64,000 nt of DNA from a virus. The stretch's first letter is position 1; the number at the start of each line of letters is the position of its first letter. The notes beneath the pieces are model-generated. The model was not told the origin of the DNA. It made no database searches and saw only the letters and a program-made list of their open reading frames with translations. Shown in pieces: positions 8,060 through 16,454 of the stretch. A program made the position numbers and the translations under genes. The stretch covers positions 32,001 to 96,000 of IMG/VR virus record IMGVR_UViG_3300028800_000059; one strand, 5' to 3'.

Positions 8060-9004
8060 TTAGTTCAAAGTGTTAGTGTCTTCATTGCGGTTTCTTAGAT
8101 ACAAATCCCACTCGTGTTGAAGGTCTGGTTTGTTGCCAGCAAATTCATAAACACCATAGGAATTTCTCTTCAAATCATTATCGGGATTGAATTGATGTTT
8201 TACGAACATATCCCAACGGTCGATGTATTTTCTATCTGTCTTTCGGCCATGGAAGAAGTGTTCGATGGTGCCCCAAACAAATCCAATGTTTTTGTTAACA
8301 TGACGCAACGCCCGGGCTTCCCAACGCTTCAAGTGAGCCAAATATCCTTGTGTTACTCCACCGGGAACCGAACGGTCAACTTCACCGATCAAGGAAAGTG
8401 CCATATGATGATCTGCCGATCCCATTGCACAAATATCCAAAAGTCCGCCTAACCATTCTAAGGTAACTCGATTGGCTGCCCAACAGAATCCAGTGTGCGG
8501 ATAGGCATATGGTCCGCCGTCATGCTTCCAGAAATTCTTTTGATTAGGAATTACTGGTTGACGATTCCACCACTGATAGCAGAATGATTTATGTGCCTGG
8601 ATATGTTCATCGTTAGGGCCTAGATCGTAGGCATCTGTCCATGGTTGGACAATATCATATTGTTGAAGTGCGTGGACGGTATCCGCCGCCCATGAATTTT
8701 TTCTGAATTCGATATCGGCGTCACTCCAACAAATGTATTTCGCCTCTGGAATTCTTGCAATTCCGATGTTAAGCAAGTTTTCCTTATTCCATGTCTGTGT
8801 CTTGGCACGGACTGGAATATGATTGACGAATTTGTTGGTAGGGATAAGATCATGTGGACGTTCACCATATTGACATTCGACCACTGTCAGATTCACTCCA
8901 GAATCCAACATATGTTCCTCAAATTGTTTATAGAGATTTATTCGGGAGTCCCATCGGACAGGATTTGATATAGCAGTTACAACATGGAGCAATTCTGATT
9001 TCAT
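8060..9004 (-). CDS. GT-A fold glycosyltransferase-like protein
   Basis: WNKENLLNIG, WSDADI (DxD) and EHFFHG motifs. Confidence 0.65.
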   Translation of the reverse strand: MKSELLHVVTAISNPVRWDSRINLYKQFEEHMLDSGVNLTVVECQYGERPHDLIPTNKFVNHIPVRAKTQTWNKENLLNIGIARIPEAKYICWSDADIEFRKNSWAADTVHALQQYDIVQPWTDAYDLGPNDEHIQAHKSFCYQWWNRQPVIPNQKNFWKHDGGPYAYPHTGFCWAANRVTLEWLGGLLDICAMGSADHHMALSLIGEVDRSVPGGVTQGYLAHLKRWEARALRHVNKNIGFVWGTIEHFFHGRKTDRKYIDRWDMFVKHQFNPDNDLKRNSYGVYEFAGNKPDLQHEWDLYLRNRNEDTNTLN

Positions 9005-9023
9005 TTTTTTCCCTTTTCAAATA

Positions 9024-9098
9024 TGGTGCTTCCGTCTGGATTTGAACCAAATCCTTTCGCCTTATGAGGACGCCGTGCTGCCGTTACACCACAGAAGC
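9024..9098 (-). tRNA. tRNA with CAT anticodon (Met or Ile2)
   Basis: Acceptor GCTTCTG/CGGAAGC, loop CT-CAT-AA, T-loop TTCAAAT, CCA. Confidence 0.88.
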
Positions 9099-9126
9099 GG
9101 CACAACCATATTTAGTCGAAGGGAAA

Positions 9127-9582
9127 TCAGAAATCTAGAAATTTTGTGAATAATTTTCCAGCCAGTCCTAGGATGGGATTGAACAACATGACCCAATCCC
9201 AAATCTGTAACAATCTAGTTGCCAATACCACAAAAAATCCATTGATGCCAATTGTTACGACGACCGTAGGAAACCAAAACCCAGCCCTATAATCAGAATC
9301 ATCAGATTCACGTTTATCTTTGGCCCATTCACAATTCCACCATCGTTTCATTCCGATTTTCCAAAAAACAATCAGTCCAACCAGGCCCATCAATCCTAAG
9401 AAAATACTACTAGCAGCGTTCAATCGAAGAACCCACATAAAAGTATCGGCAATATCAGGACCGTATTTTATGGCTGCATCTTTCAAGAAACCACCTAAGT
9501 TTGCCATGGCATCTTGAATAGAATGTGAATTGCTAACCAAGGTACTAAGAATGTCTGTTGGTGTATTTGTTGGATCGGCCAT
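9127..9582 (-). CDS. Membrane protein, hypothetical
   Basis: Two hydrophobic helices; GGAG RBS. Confidence 0.6.
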   Translation of the reverse strand: MADPTNTPTDILSTLVSNSHSIQDAMANLGGFLKDAAIKYGPDIADTFMWVLRLNAASSIFLGLMGLVGLIVFWKIGMKRWWNCEWAKDKRESDDSDYRAGFWFPTVVVTIGINGFFVVLATRLLQIWDWVMLFNPILGLAGKLFTKFLDF

Positions 9583-9906
9583 TTATTGTAACTCCTCAGA
9601 TGAATATTTTTGCAATAAGACACAATTAATTCTGGCAATCATTTCCTTGCCTTTAGTTTTTTTTGGTTTGAATTCTTTGGCTCGCGACCAAATAAATCGT
9701 CTGTCTGTTCCAGATAATGTTGGAATATTGTGGTCTTTCAAACTCATTCGATCCAAGCATAATCCATAGGCACTGTTGGCTATCCATATAGATATTTGTG
9801 CCTTATGATGCTTCAAATTAAATCTGTCACATTCCCATCCTTTCGGATCATCTTCCAAAAGACACACAATCGCTTTGGCTAATTCCGACGGTCTAAAAAA
9901 CATCAT
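9583..9906 (-). CDS. Hypothetical protein
   Basis: Tiles with neighbours; GGAG RBS. Confidence 0.55.
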   Translation of the reverse strand: MMFFRPSELAKAIVCLLEDDPKGWECDRFNLKHHKAQISIWIANSAYGLCLDRMSLKDHNIPTLSGTDRRFIWSRAKEFKPKKTKGKEMIARINCVLLQKYSSEELQ

Positions 9907-9925
9907 TATTCTCCATTAAAAAATC

Positions 9926-9978
9926 TGGGTCGAGGAAGGAATCGAACCTCCCAGCTAGGCCAGTCCAGACTTCGACCC
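9926..9978 (-). ncRNA. tRNA-like minigene lacking the anticodon arm
   Basis: Acceptor GGGTCGA/TCGACCC, D-like hairpin CTGG-ACTGGC-CTAG, T-arm GGGAGG-TTCGATT-CCTTCC; no anticodon arm, no CCA. Confidence 0.6.
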
Positions 9979-9985
9979 GCAAACT

Positions 9986-10081
9986 TTAGCCCTTGTGACG
10001 ATTCTTGCGACGTTCTTTGCGCTTGGTGCTGCCAATCTTGCGGCGACCTTTACGGGGGCGATTCTTATGCGGCCATGCCAA
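9986..10081 (-). CDS. 31-aa highly basic peptide MAWPHKNRPRKGRRKIGSTKRKERRKNRHKG
   Basis: TTG start with GGAG RBS; clean frame to TAA; not in the ORF track. Confidence 0.65.
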   Translation of the reverse strand: MAWPHKNRPRKGRRKIGSTKRKERRKNRHKG

Positions 10082-10098
10082 GATGATTTCTCCAATTA

Positions 10099-10106
10099 TA
10101 TAAATA
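10099..10106 (+). promoter_or_regulatory. T4-type late promoter TATAAATA
   Basis: Exact 8-mer upstream of the plus-strand HNH gene. Confidence 0.7.
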
Positions 10107-10142
10107 CTCTACCCCAATAAGAAACCAAATGAGGAGATTGGT

Positions 10143-10820
10143 ATGATCATAGAAAACAAATATTCAAAGTGGTATTACTCTATCATAAAGAAGGCGGTAA
10201 TACAAGAAAGAAAAAGACTATCGAGAGAATCTGGTAAATACATCTATTATGAAAAACATCATATTTTACCTAAATGTCTTGATGGTAGTAATGAAGCAAT
10301 CAATCTTGTTTTGCTTACTGGTAAGGAACATTTTATTTGTCATTTATTGCTTCCTAAAATGGTGAATAATTTGGGAGAAAAAGCAAAATTGATAAATGCG
10401 TTGATTAAAATGGTTTTCGCAAAATCAAAAGGACAAAAAAGATATACATCCAAATCTTATGAATTAATTCGTAAAATGATTGCAGAAAAAAATAGCATTA
10501 TGTTTAAAGGAAAAAAGAAATCATTACAAATGAGAAAAAGATTATCTAAGACCAGAACGGGAATGAAATTTTCTGAATCGCATCGTAAAAATCTTGGTAT
10601 AGCTAATAGTAAAAGAATAGGAGAAAAAAATCCCTTTTTTGGAAAACATCATACAAAAAAATCAATGGATAAAAGAACTGCTACTAGAAAAAAGAATGGA
10701 TGGCCCGGTAAAGTTAGCACTAAAGGATATAAATGGTATAATGATGGAAATATTGAAAGTATTTCCAAAATTCCTATTTTTGGATGGAAGCCAGGACGTA
10801 TTGGTTGGAAAAAATCTTAA
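10143..10820 (+). CDS. HNH homing endonuclease with NUMOD3-like DNA-binding repeats (antisense)
   Basis: YYEKHHILPKCLDGSN...NLVLLT.KEHFICHLLL; NPFFGKHHT repeat. Confidence 0.85.
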   Translation: MIIENKYSKWYYSIIKKAVIQERKRLSRESGKYIYYEKHHILPKCLDGSNEAINLVLLTGKEHFICHLLLPKMVNNLGEKAKLINALIKMVFAKSKGQKRYTSKSYELIRKMIAEKNSIMFKGKKKSLQMRKRLSKTRTGMKFSESHRKNLGIANSKRIGEKNPFFGKHHTKKSMDKRTATRKKNGWPGKVSTKGYKWYNDGNIESISKIPIFGWKPGRIGWKKS

Positions 10821-11092
10821 AATTCGTCGCCAAATCCACCGGCAACATTTTCTAGATATTCTGCAAGAGCATCATAGCCGCCGATGTATTGAGCATGTTG
10901 ACCATCAGGATTTGTGAAAATCTGTGGTACTAATTTCTTGTCGGTGTATTCTTCAATGATCTTATAAAATTCTCGGACAGAAATATCTCGCCCAATCACA
11001 ACTTCCCTGTAGATATGTCCAAGTCTCTTTAAAAGTTCCTTGGCCTTTTCGCACCAGGAACAATTCGGTTGTGTGTAAATGGTGAATTTCAT
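10817..11092 (-). CDS. Glutaredoxin
   Basis: YTQPNCSWCEKAK, VPQIF, YIGGYD motifs. Confidence 0.9.
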   Translation of the reverse strand: MKFTIYTQPNCSWCEKAKELLKRLGHIYREVVIGRDISVREFYKIIEEYTDKKLVPQIFTNPDGQHAQYIGGYDALAEYLENVAGGFGDEF

Positions 11093-11334
11093 GGTCGTAT
11101 TACCGGGTAAGAACCATATTGAACAAACGCATCGTTACATGCCTGTTTTAATTCTGGCGTAAAATTCGAATTGTATTCATACACGTTGTATTTTTTGCAT
11201 AGATTGTATGTTCTATATAAGGTTTCTAATTTTGGGTCTTTATAGGTTGGTCCCTGGGCAGCGAGAAATAACAAAACAAAAATCTCGACAACAAAAGATA
11301 ATATCAAACCAACAAGAATATGTGATTGTTTCAT
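11089..11334 (-). CDS. Membrane-anchored hypothetical protein
   Basis: N-terminal TM helix; overlaps both neighbours. Confidence 0.55.
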   Translation of the reverse strand: MKQSHILVGLILSFVVEIFVLLFLAAQGPTYKDPKLETLYRTYNLCKKYNVYEYNSNFTPELKQACNDAFVQYGSYPVIRP

Positions 11335-12551
11335 TATTGCAACTCCGTTGTTTCGCCTTTTCGCATCAGATAGGCGTCATTGATACTCTTGACAATTACG
11401 CGATGATGATAACGATTCTTGCGCCCAGAAAGATGTTCGATGGCCGGCTTGATAACAATGCCTTCGCGAATATGAACATTAAATCCAATCTCGGTATTGC
11501 CGGAGGTATACATATCTAACACGATTTTGGAATATGGACCTGTATAAAGAACCGGAACACTAGGCAAATCAAAATATTTCAAATTTCCAAACAACGTCGC
11601 AAAATCCATGAAGGTGCCATTGGCGATTGTTTCGTCCCAACAGTAAATATCAAACACACGAAATTCTGGTTTGTCCAAATCATAATGTAGGTCCTGAATG
11701 CCGCGCCCGGCAATTTCGCCACATACAATGAATGAGCCGCCCATGAAATCACGTAAAAATTCTAATTTTTCCTTATGTTCTTTGAAGGCTCGCGTATAGA
11801 CGTTATCAGTCTTTTCCAGGTCAAACACGTAACCCTTGGCACCTAGACCCTTCGACGCAACGTACCAGCCCTTGTCAGGATGATAGCCAATCTGACAGAA
11901 GGTGCCGTGAAGTTTCTCGGTCATAACAACTTCCTCGCCTTCTTCAAAGGCGTCTGGCCAAGACTTGATATTGTCGATATCGTAATTCAACGTATAGCCA
12001 AAGAAATCGCCGCGAACAACTCCCTGCATAGAACCTGGAATTGGTGGTTCGTATTTCGTGATACCTAGAACTTCGGCAACATCATCGCCTTCTTCGACCA
12101 TCACGTCCTGAGTATATTCACCATTTCTGTCCTTTGTGAAAAAAGGATCACCTTCCAGAACTGACGTGGGCAAAGGAATGTTCTTGATCCAATTTTCTTC
12201 CCAAGACCCACCAGATTCAGAATGTTCCTCGGTGACAACTGGAACCAAGATGCCCTGTGAAACAACGCCACGAAGGCGGATGGCCTTGACGCGATTGTAT
12301 CCAGCGCCAGAAAGCATACCACGATTGGTTGACTCGTCCCAGAAACCCTGGCTTTTCAGAAGCCATTCCGGCACAAGTGAAGCTTCTGGAACATAGGCGA
12401 CAAGATCACCTACTTTATATCGTGGTGAACCATCTTCAAGTTTGCCAGAAATACAGGTCCATCCTCGTACAGTCACGAGAGAAAGCCTGTCGGCATTTGG
12501 ATGATTTTCTACCGCATCGACGCGGACGATTGGAACTTCAAAGTGAGACAT
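11334..12551 (-). CDS. ATP-dependent RNA ligase, DRB0094 family
   Basis: N-terminal OB domain (HPNADRL), motif I EKLHGT, CGEIAG, FRVFDI, REGIVIK, VKSINDAYL. Confidence 0.88.
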   Translation of the reverse strand: MSHFEVPIVRVDAVENHPNADRLSLVTVRGWTCISGKLEDGSPRYKVGDLVAYVPEASLVPEWLLKSQGFWDESTNRGMLSGAGYNRVKAIRLRGVVSQGILVPVVTEEHSESGGSWEENWIKNIPLPTSVLEGDPFFTKDRNGEYTQDVMVEEGDDVAEVLGITKYEPPIPGSMQGVVRGDFFGYTLNYDIDNIKSWPDAFEEGEEVVMTEKLHGTFCQIGYHPDKGWYVASKGLGAKGYVFDLEKTDNVYTRAFKEHKEKLEFLRDFMGGSFIVCGEIAGRGIQDLHYDLDKPEFRVFDIYCWDETIANGTFMDFATLFGNLKYFDLPSVPVLYTGPYSKIVLDMYTSGNTEIGFNVHIREGIVIKPAIEHLSGRKNRYHHRVIVKSINDAYLMRKGETTELQ

Positions 12552-12855
12552 TATATTTTTTCCTACATGTAATATAAATGCTGGACGCTACCAGGCCCGC
12601 AACTAGAGTAAGTATCGTTAATCCTATTGTAGTTAAAACTCCACAGGCATAAAAAGAAGGTGTATCTTCGACTCTAAATTGATTTGGTGTATTCAACAAC
12701 CAAAGCACGAACATTCCAAGATAATAAAATCCCCATACACAATAAGAAATAAAGAATGTTCCTAGTGTCACCATTATACCAGGAATTGCGACATACCAAG
12801 GAAGTTTACCTACAAAACATAATTTCTTCAACATGAATATATCTCCCATTTTCAA
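12538..12855 (-). CDS. Membrane protein, hypothetical
   Basis: Two hydrophobic segments. Confidence 0.55.
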   Translation of the reverse strand: MKMGDIFMLKKLCFVGKLPWYVAIPGIMVTLGTFFISYCVWGFYYLGMFVLWLLNTPNQFRVEDTPSFYACGVLTTIGLTILTLVAGLVASSIYITCRKKYNVSL

Positions 12856-12860
12856 AAAAT

Positions 12861-12935
12861 TGGCTCCAGGCTCAGGTTTCGAACCTGTCTCTCGAAATTC
12901 AGAGTTTCGCGTTCTACCGAATAAACTATCCTGGA
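12861..12935 (-). tRNA. trnQ: tRNA-Gln(CTG)
   Basis: Anticodon arm CGAAA-CTCTGAA-TTTCG, T-loop TTCGAAA, CCA. Confidence 0.9.
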
Positions 12936-12958
12936 ATAAAAATATTTAGACTGTCGGA

Positions 12959-13216
12959 TCAAATCAAATCAGGATCGTTTTCTGGTCCGATTTTCATTCT
13001 GAAACCTGGACCTCCACGAGCCGCCATATCAACAAACATCTTAAATTTGTCGAAGGCGTTTTTTAAACCAAATTCTTTATCCACGCCTTCCATCAACACA
13101 AACTGAAATCCTGCCGGCACGGAATAAAAATATGTCGAATCATCTGGACGAACTCTGGAAAAAAGCGTCCAGGTTCCTAGAGTTTCAATATTTGTGTCGG
13201 TGTTTGTTTCAGTCAT
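12959..13216 (-). CDS. Hypothetical protein
   Basis: AGGAG RBS; tiles between tRNA genes. Confidence 0.55.
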   Translation of the reverse strand: MTETNTDTNIETLGTWTLFSRVRPDDSTYFYSVPAGFQFVLMEGVDKEFGLKNAFDKFKMFVDMAARGGPGFRMKIGPENDPDLI

Positions 13217-13237
13217 TTTTTTCTCCTTGTTAAAAAC

Positions 13238-13327
13238 TGGTGCCTTGAGGAGGACTTGCGCCTCTCGTCTACTACCCCATTTGTTTAATGACAGCGGAGT
13301 TACAGGCCGCCAACGGGAACTCTCGGC
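13238..13327 (-). ncRNA. Atypical tRNA-Tyr(GTA)-like element, D-arm largely missing, long extra region
   Basis: CT-GTA-AC loop in a GCGG/CCGC stem, T-loop CGCAAGT, 3' ACCA; imperfect acceptor stem. Confidence 0.55.
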
Positions 13328-13576
13328 ATTTTAGTGAATCGGAACAACAGAATATGTTGCAGTACCTAACACAAGCAATGTCAATGCAGCACCTAAAATC
13401 ATACCAATAAACACGGCAATCAACACATGTAATTTAGTAAACATTAATTCTGCCTTTTCAAAAAATAGGATGTGAAGTCCACACTCGGCAACAATTTGCC
13501 CAGGTACATAATACAGTTCCTAATAGTATCATAGTCCAGAATAATATCCAAATGATTTTTTTGAACATGATGAATT

Positions 13577-13666
13577 TGGCGGAAAGTTGTGTTCCTGCCA
13601 CACACTCCTTTTTCAGGAGCCATTCGTTTAGCAAACGATGATGGGGCCTCGCCCACTTAACTTTCC
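13577..13666 (-). tRNA. trnS: tRNA-Ser(GCT), non-canonical T-loop GGCAGGA
   Basis: Acceptor GGAAAGT/ACTTTCC, long variable arm, G73, CCA. Confidence 0.85.
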
Positions 13667-13671
13667 AATAA

Positions 13672-13761
13672 TGGCGGGCAGCCGAGGTATCGATCCCCAA
13701 ACCTTTTTCAGATTCCAGCCGCTTTCGAGGCGGTGGCTTGCGCCAGCAAACTTGACTACCC
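13672..13761 (-). tRNA. trnS: tRNA-Ser(CGA)
   Basis: CCGC-CTCGAAA-GCGG anticodon arm, long variable arm, GCCA end. Confidence 0.88.
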
Positions 13762-13770
13762 TTAAAAAAA

Positions 13771-13858
13771 TGGCGGAGTTCGGAGGTCTTGATCCCCAAT
13801 CGATTTCTCGGTCGTTGCGCTTTCCAGGCGAACCTGATCCCTGACCAGTTCAAACTCC
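13771..13858 (-). tRNA. trnS: tRNA-Ser(GGA)
   Basis: CGC-CTGGAAA-GCG anticodon arm, long variable arm, GCCA end. Confidence 0.88.
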
Positions 13859-13875
13859 TAAATTCTATTTTCTAT

Positions 13876-14082
13876 TTAGTACCAAAATCTTCTATATTCC
13901 CAGGCCCAATAATCATGATCCCAACAATCATTTTTAAACCATCTTCTTTCAACCCATTCAAACCAACGACAATCATGATAGCCTAGACGAACAGGATACC
14001 AGGCAAACCATCGATGCCATTCCTGTGAGGCCAGATATTTTTTATATCGCCAATCACTGAATTTATCACAATTGAATCTCAT
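13876..14082 (-). CDS. Trp-rich small phage protein (W..WFAW.PV family)
   Basis: WHRWFAWYPV...WFEWVERR; paralog at 24594-24779. Confidence 0.6.
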   Translation of the reverse strand: MRFNCDKFSDWRYKKYLASQEWHRWFAWYPVRLGYHDCRWFEWVERRWFKNDCWDHDYWAWEYRRFWY

Positions 14083-14248
14083 ACTCCATAATCCTCTGTC
14101 GAATCATGAAATTCCTTCTCGGACATTTCTCGACACGAAATTATCCTCTTGCTGATTTCCTCGTTAATCAACTGACGAATTTGTTCCCAAAGTGCCGGAG
14201 ACATACTTGTTGCATAATCATTAGAAGCTGTCGGTGCGCCACTATCCA

Positions 14249-14824
14249 TTATAATCCCGGCGTCAAAAGTCTGTTGATAATCTTGGCAGCATCTTCCAAA
14301 TTATCTACTCGGTGCGAAGCCTGTCCACGAATAAAGGCGTGGTCATTTGGATTGCCTTCTTTTTCCATGATAATCACAATAGGCTTTTGCAGCAACCAAG
14401 CCCATGAAACTTCCCCACCCATTCCAATTGATCGTGCCTTGGCTCCAAGATAATTCATGACAAGAGCATCGGATTGTTTCACGTCATTGAAGTCCTGGCG
14501 AACAATGCCATCGTCCGTCGTCATAGGATTGTCGTCATAACACTTGGTCGTAATTACCATTCCATTATTCACTTCGCCGTCGTCATATCCGCGCAATGGT
14601 GAATAGGCGTGAATATGTGGCAGAAGCAATTTCTTGAAACCTGGCTGCCACGACCAACGAGCCTGTTCAATTGTCAGGTCTGTAATTATGGTACCTAGAT
14701 AGATTTGTCTAGGTAGATAAGTTTGTCTGACAAAATCACCATATTGGATGCTTCTAAAATCATCATGATCATTAATATGCATTTTAATACACATCTCCAT
14801 TCTCTTGAATTTTTGTGTCTTCAT
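14249..14824 (-). CDS. Nucleoside 2-deoxyribosyltransferase-like protein (start uncertain)
   Basis: IVRQDFNDVKQSDALVMN...SIGMGGEVSWAWLLQKPIVII. Confidence 0.55.
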   Translation of the reverse strand: MKTQKFKRMEMCIKMHINDHDDFRSIQYGDFVRQTYLPRQIYLGTIITDLTIEQARWSWQPGFKKLLLPHIHAYSPLRGYDDGEVNNGMVITTKCYDDNPMTTDDGIVRQDFNDVKQSDALVMNYLGAKARSIGMGGEVSWAWLLQKPIVIIMEKEGNPNDHAFIRGQASHRVDNLEDAAKIINRLLTPGL

Positions 14825-15020
14825 AAGGCGCGGCTACACGGCGATAAAATTCCTGTTTGGCGCCTTCAAGAGCGCCAACAATATCATTGATCGTTTGATA
14901 TTTTAATCCTTTGACTTTCAAATATTCCAGACATTTCATTGTTAGGTGATAATTCAAATCACCTGCCTCACTGGCAAATCCAATAGGAAGTCCTCTTCGT
15001 TCCTCTTTCACATATGGCAT
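14784..15020 (-). CDS. Conserved phage protein (DUF6899-like)
   Basis: MPY....R, GDLNY, IVGALEGAKQEFYRRVAAPYED.KI..NGDVY. Confidence 0.7.
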   Translation of the reverse strand: MPYVKEERRGLPIGFASEAGDLNYHLTMKCLEYLKVKGLKYQTINDIVGALEGAKQEFYRRVAAPYEDTKIQENGDVY

Positions 15021-15023
15021 ATT

Positions 15024-15278
15024 TTAATTCTCCAAAGCTTTTATGTGTGGCATGTCCACTTCTTTAATTTTGTATTGAAATTTACAAACAGTAACGTTTT
15101 GGGATTTAAAATGCCTAATCAAAGCTGAGGCCATTTCACAACCACCATTAACATCGGAAGTATCATATTTGAAAACTACATATTTCTTGGTATGTTTGAA
15201 GAACCAACCTGTCGGTAAAGGTGCAGGTCCTGCACCTTCTATACGACTGACCCAGATTTTGAACTGAAAATATTGCAT
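15024..15278 (-). CDS. Hypothetical protein
   Basis: Directly downstream of a consensus sigma70 promoter. Confidence 0.55.
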   Translation of the reverse strand: MQYFQFKIWVSRIEGAGPAPLPTGWFFKHTKKYVVFKYDTSDVNGGCEMASALIRHFKSQNVTVCKFQYKIKEVDMPHIKALEN

Positions 15279-15287
15279 ATTCCTTCA

Positions 15288-15316
15288 ATTATAAAGAATG
15301 ACGGCGGCAATGTCAA
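15288..15316 (-). promoter_or_regulatory. Perfect sigma70 promoter TTGACA-17-TATAAT
   Basis: Exact consensus, immediately 3' of tRNA-Val(GAC). Confidence 0.85.
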
Positions 15317-15318
15317 GA

Positions 15319-15393
15319 TGGTAGTCCCTGTTGGGATCGAACCAACTACCTCCACCGTGTCGAGGTGGCATTCTACCGGTGAACTAAGGGACT
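15319..15393 (-). tRNA. trnV: tRNA-Val(GAC)
   Basis: CCACC-TCGACAC-GGTGG anticodon arm, T-loop TTCGATC, CCA. Confidence 0.9.
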
Positions 15394-15665
15394 TCGTTTG
15401 CAATCCTCAGAAGTGTTTCGCCATGGCAACGTTTCGGATGACACCAACAAACAAGGTCTTTGCCGGCAAGGTCTTTCTTGGCTTTTTTTATGACGCCTGG
15501 AAAATGTTTAATCCAGTTTTCAAATTGATCGCATACCATATTTCGTTCATTCTCATTTTCCATTTTGAACATATTTCCCCAAAATGTGGTCCGATCAATC
15601 AGAACGGCATCCTTAGGAATATTCTTATCAATTCGTTTGTTATAGAGACGTGGGAACAGAGACAT
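15384..15665 (-). CDS. DUF4326-family protein
   Basis: IDRTTFWGN.F and LAGKDLVCWCHPKRCHGETL. Confidence 0.8.
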   Translation of the reverse strand: MSLFPRLYNKRIDKNIPKDAVLIDRTTFWGNMFKMENENERNMVCDQFENWIKHFPGVIKKAKKDLAGKDLVCWCHPKRCHGETLLRIANEVP

Positions 15666-15872
15666 TTTTCTTTCCTTTATTCCAAGGAATAATTTTCTTT
15701 AATTTCTCTAAGGTTTCGACCGAATACACTCCAGTTTTTCCTTTATTCCAAGGCGTGCGTCCTTTCATTTTTTTAGAATGAGATATCCGTCGGCAAGATC
15801 GTTTGTTTTATGAGACCCAACATAAACCTTGCCATTCTTTACGTTGGTCGTTTTATAGATGATAAAATACAT
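15640..15872 (-). pseudogene. Internally deleted GIY-YIG homing endonuclease remnant
   Basis: MYFIIYKTTNVKNGKVYVGSHKTNDLADGYL then stop; an out-of-frame PWNKGKTGVYS...PWNKGK tail follows; CTAAATA upstream. Confidence 0.75.
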
Positions 15873-15908
15873 GCGAAAATTTCCTGCATGTATTTAGTCA
15901 CCTCTATG

Positions 15909-15980
15909 TACCCAATGACGGTACTTCCCCGCCTTCTCCGCCATGTAAGGGCGGCGTCTTAATTTCTGAACCCATCGGGC
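15909..15980 (-). tRNA. trnV: tRNA-Val(TAC), non-canonical T-loop GGAAGTA, CCA not encoded
   Basis: Acceptor GCCCGAT/ATTGGGT, anticodon arm CCGCC-CTTACAT-GGCGG, T-stem GGCGG/CCGTC. Confidence 0.78.
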
Positions 15981-15991
15981 TTTATTCCAAT

Positions 15992-16066
15992 TGGTAGACC
16001 GTGGGAATTCTGCCATCCCGACTTCCAAATTAAGAGTTTGGCACTCTGCTTCTGAGTTAACGGTCC
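15992..16066 (-). tRNA. trnK: tRNA-Lys(CTT), non-canonical T-loop GGCAGAA
   Basis: Acceptor GGACCGT/ACGGTCT, CCAAA-CTCTTAA-TTTGG, CCA. Confidence 0.88.
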
Positions 16067-16413
16067 TTATTTCTTTTATTTGCGTCACTTCGATATTTTT
16101 TTATTTCCAATTCAATATTGGGATCAAATCGTTTATAATTTTTTGGTATAGTGACCAAACCCGCATGATATTCTATATGACAATTGAAACACAATAAAAC
16201 ACATTTTTTAATTTCTTCGGAAACCCTTTCCCAACTCATGGTATTGGAAGTTCCTAAGGCAAACTTCTTTTGTTTAGGATCAATATGATGAAAAGTTAAT
16301 GCTTCAATGCTTTTATCATATCCACATATTTGACAACAATCGCCCATGGCTCTCACCATTCTTGATTTTTGTCGTTTTCTAAAACTTCTTACCCTACCAG
16401 AATTTATAGACAT
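16057..16413 (-). CDS. HNH endonuclease
   Basis: CQICGYDKSIEALTFHHIDP...KCVLLCFNCHIEYH. Confidence 0.85.
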   Translation of the reverse strand: MSINSGRVRSFRKRQKSRMVRAMGDCCQICGYDKSIEALTFHHIDPKQKKFALGTSNTMSWERVSEEIKKCVLLCFNCHIEYHAGLVTIPKNYKRFDPNIELEIKKYRSDANKRNKDR

Positions 16414-16454
16414 TGCTAAATTAACCTCTAAGGTTATTTAGCAATGTTTAGGCT

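Noticed and set aside
13444-13986. Several ORFs on both strands across 13444-13986
   Set aside because: They read through the three tRNA-Ser genes and have no credible RBS or protein motifs, apart from a possible short tail ORF.
15894-16088. 64-aa ORF in the ORF track
   Set aside because: It lies wholly over tRNA-Lys(CTT) and tRNA-Val(TAC), so it is a shadow frame.
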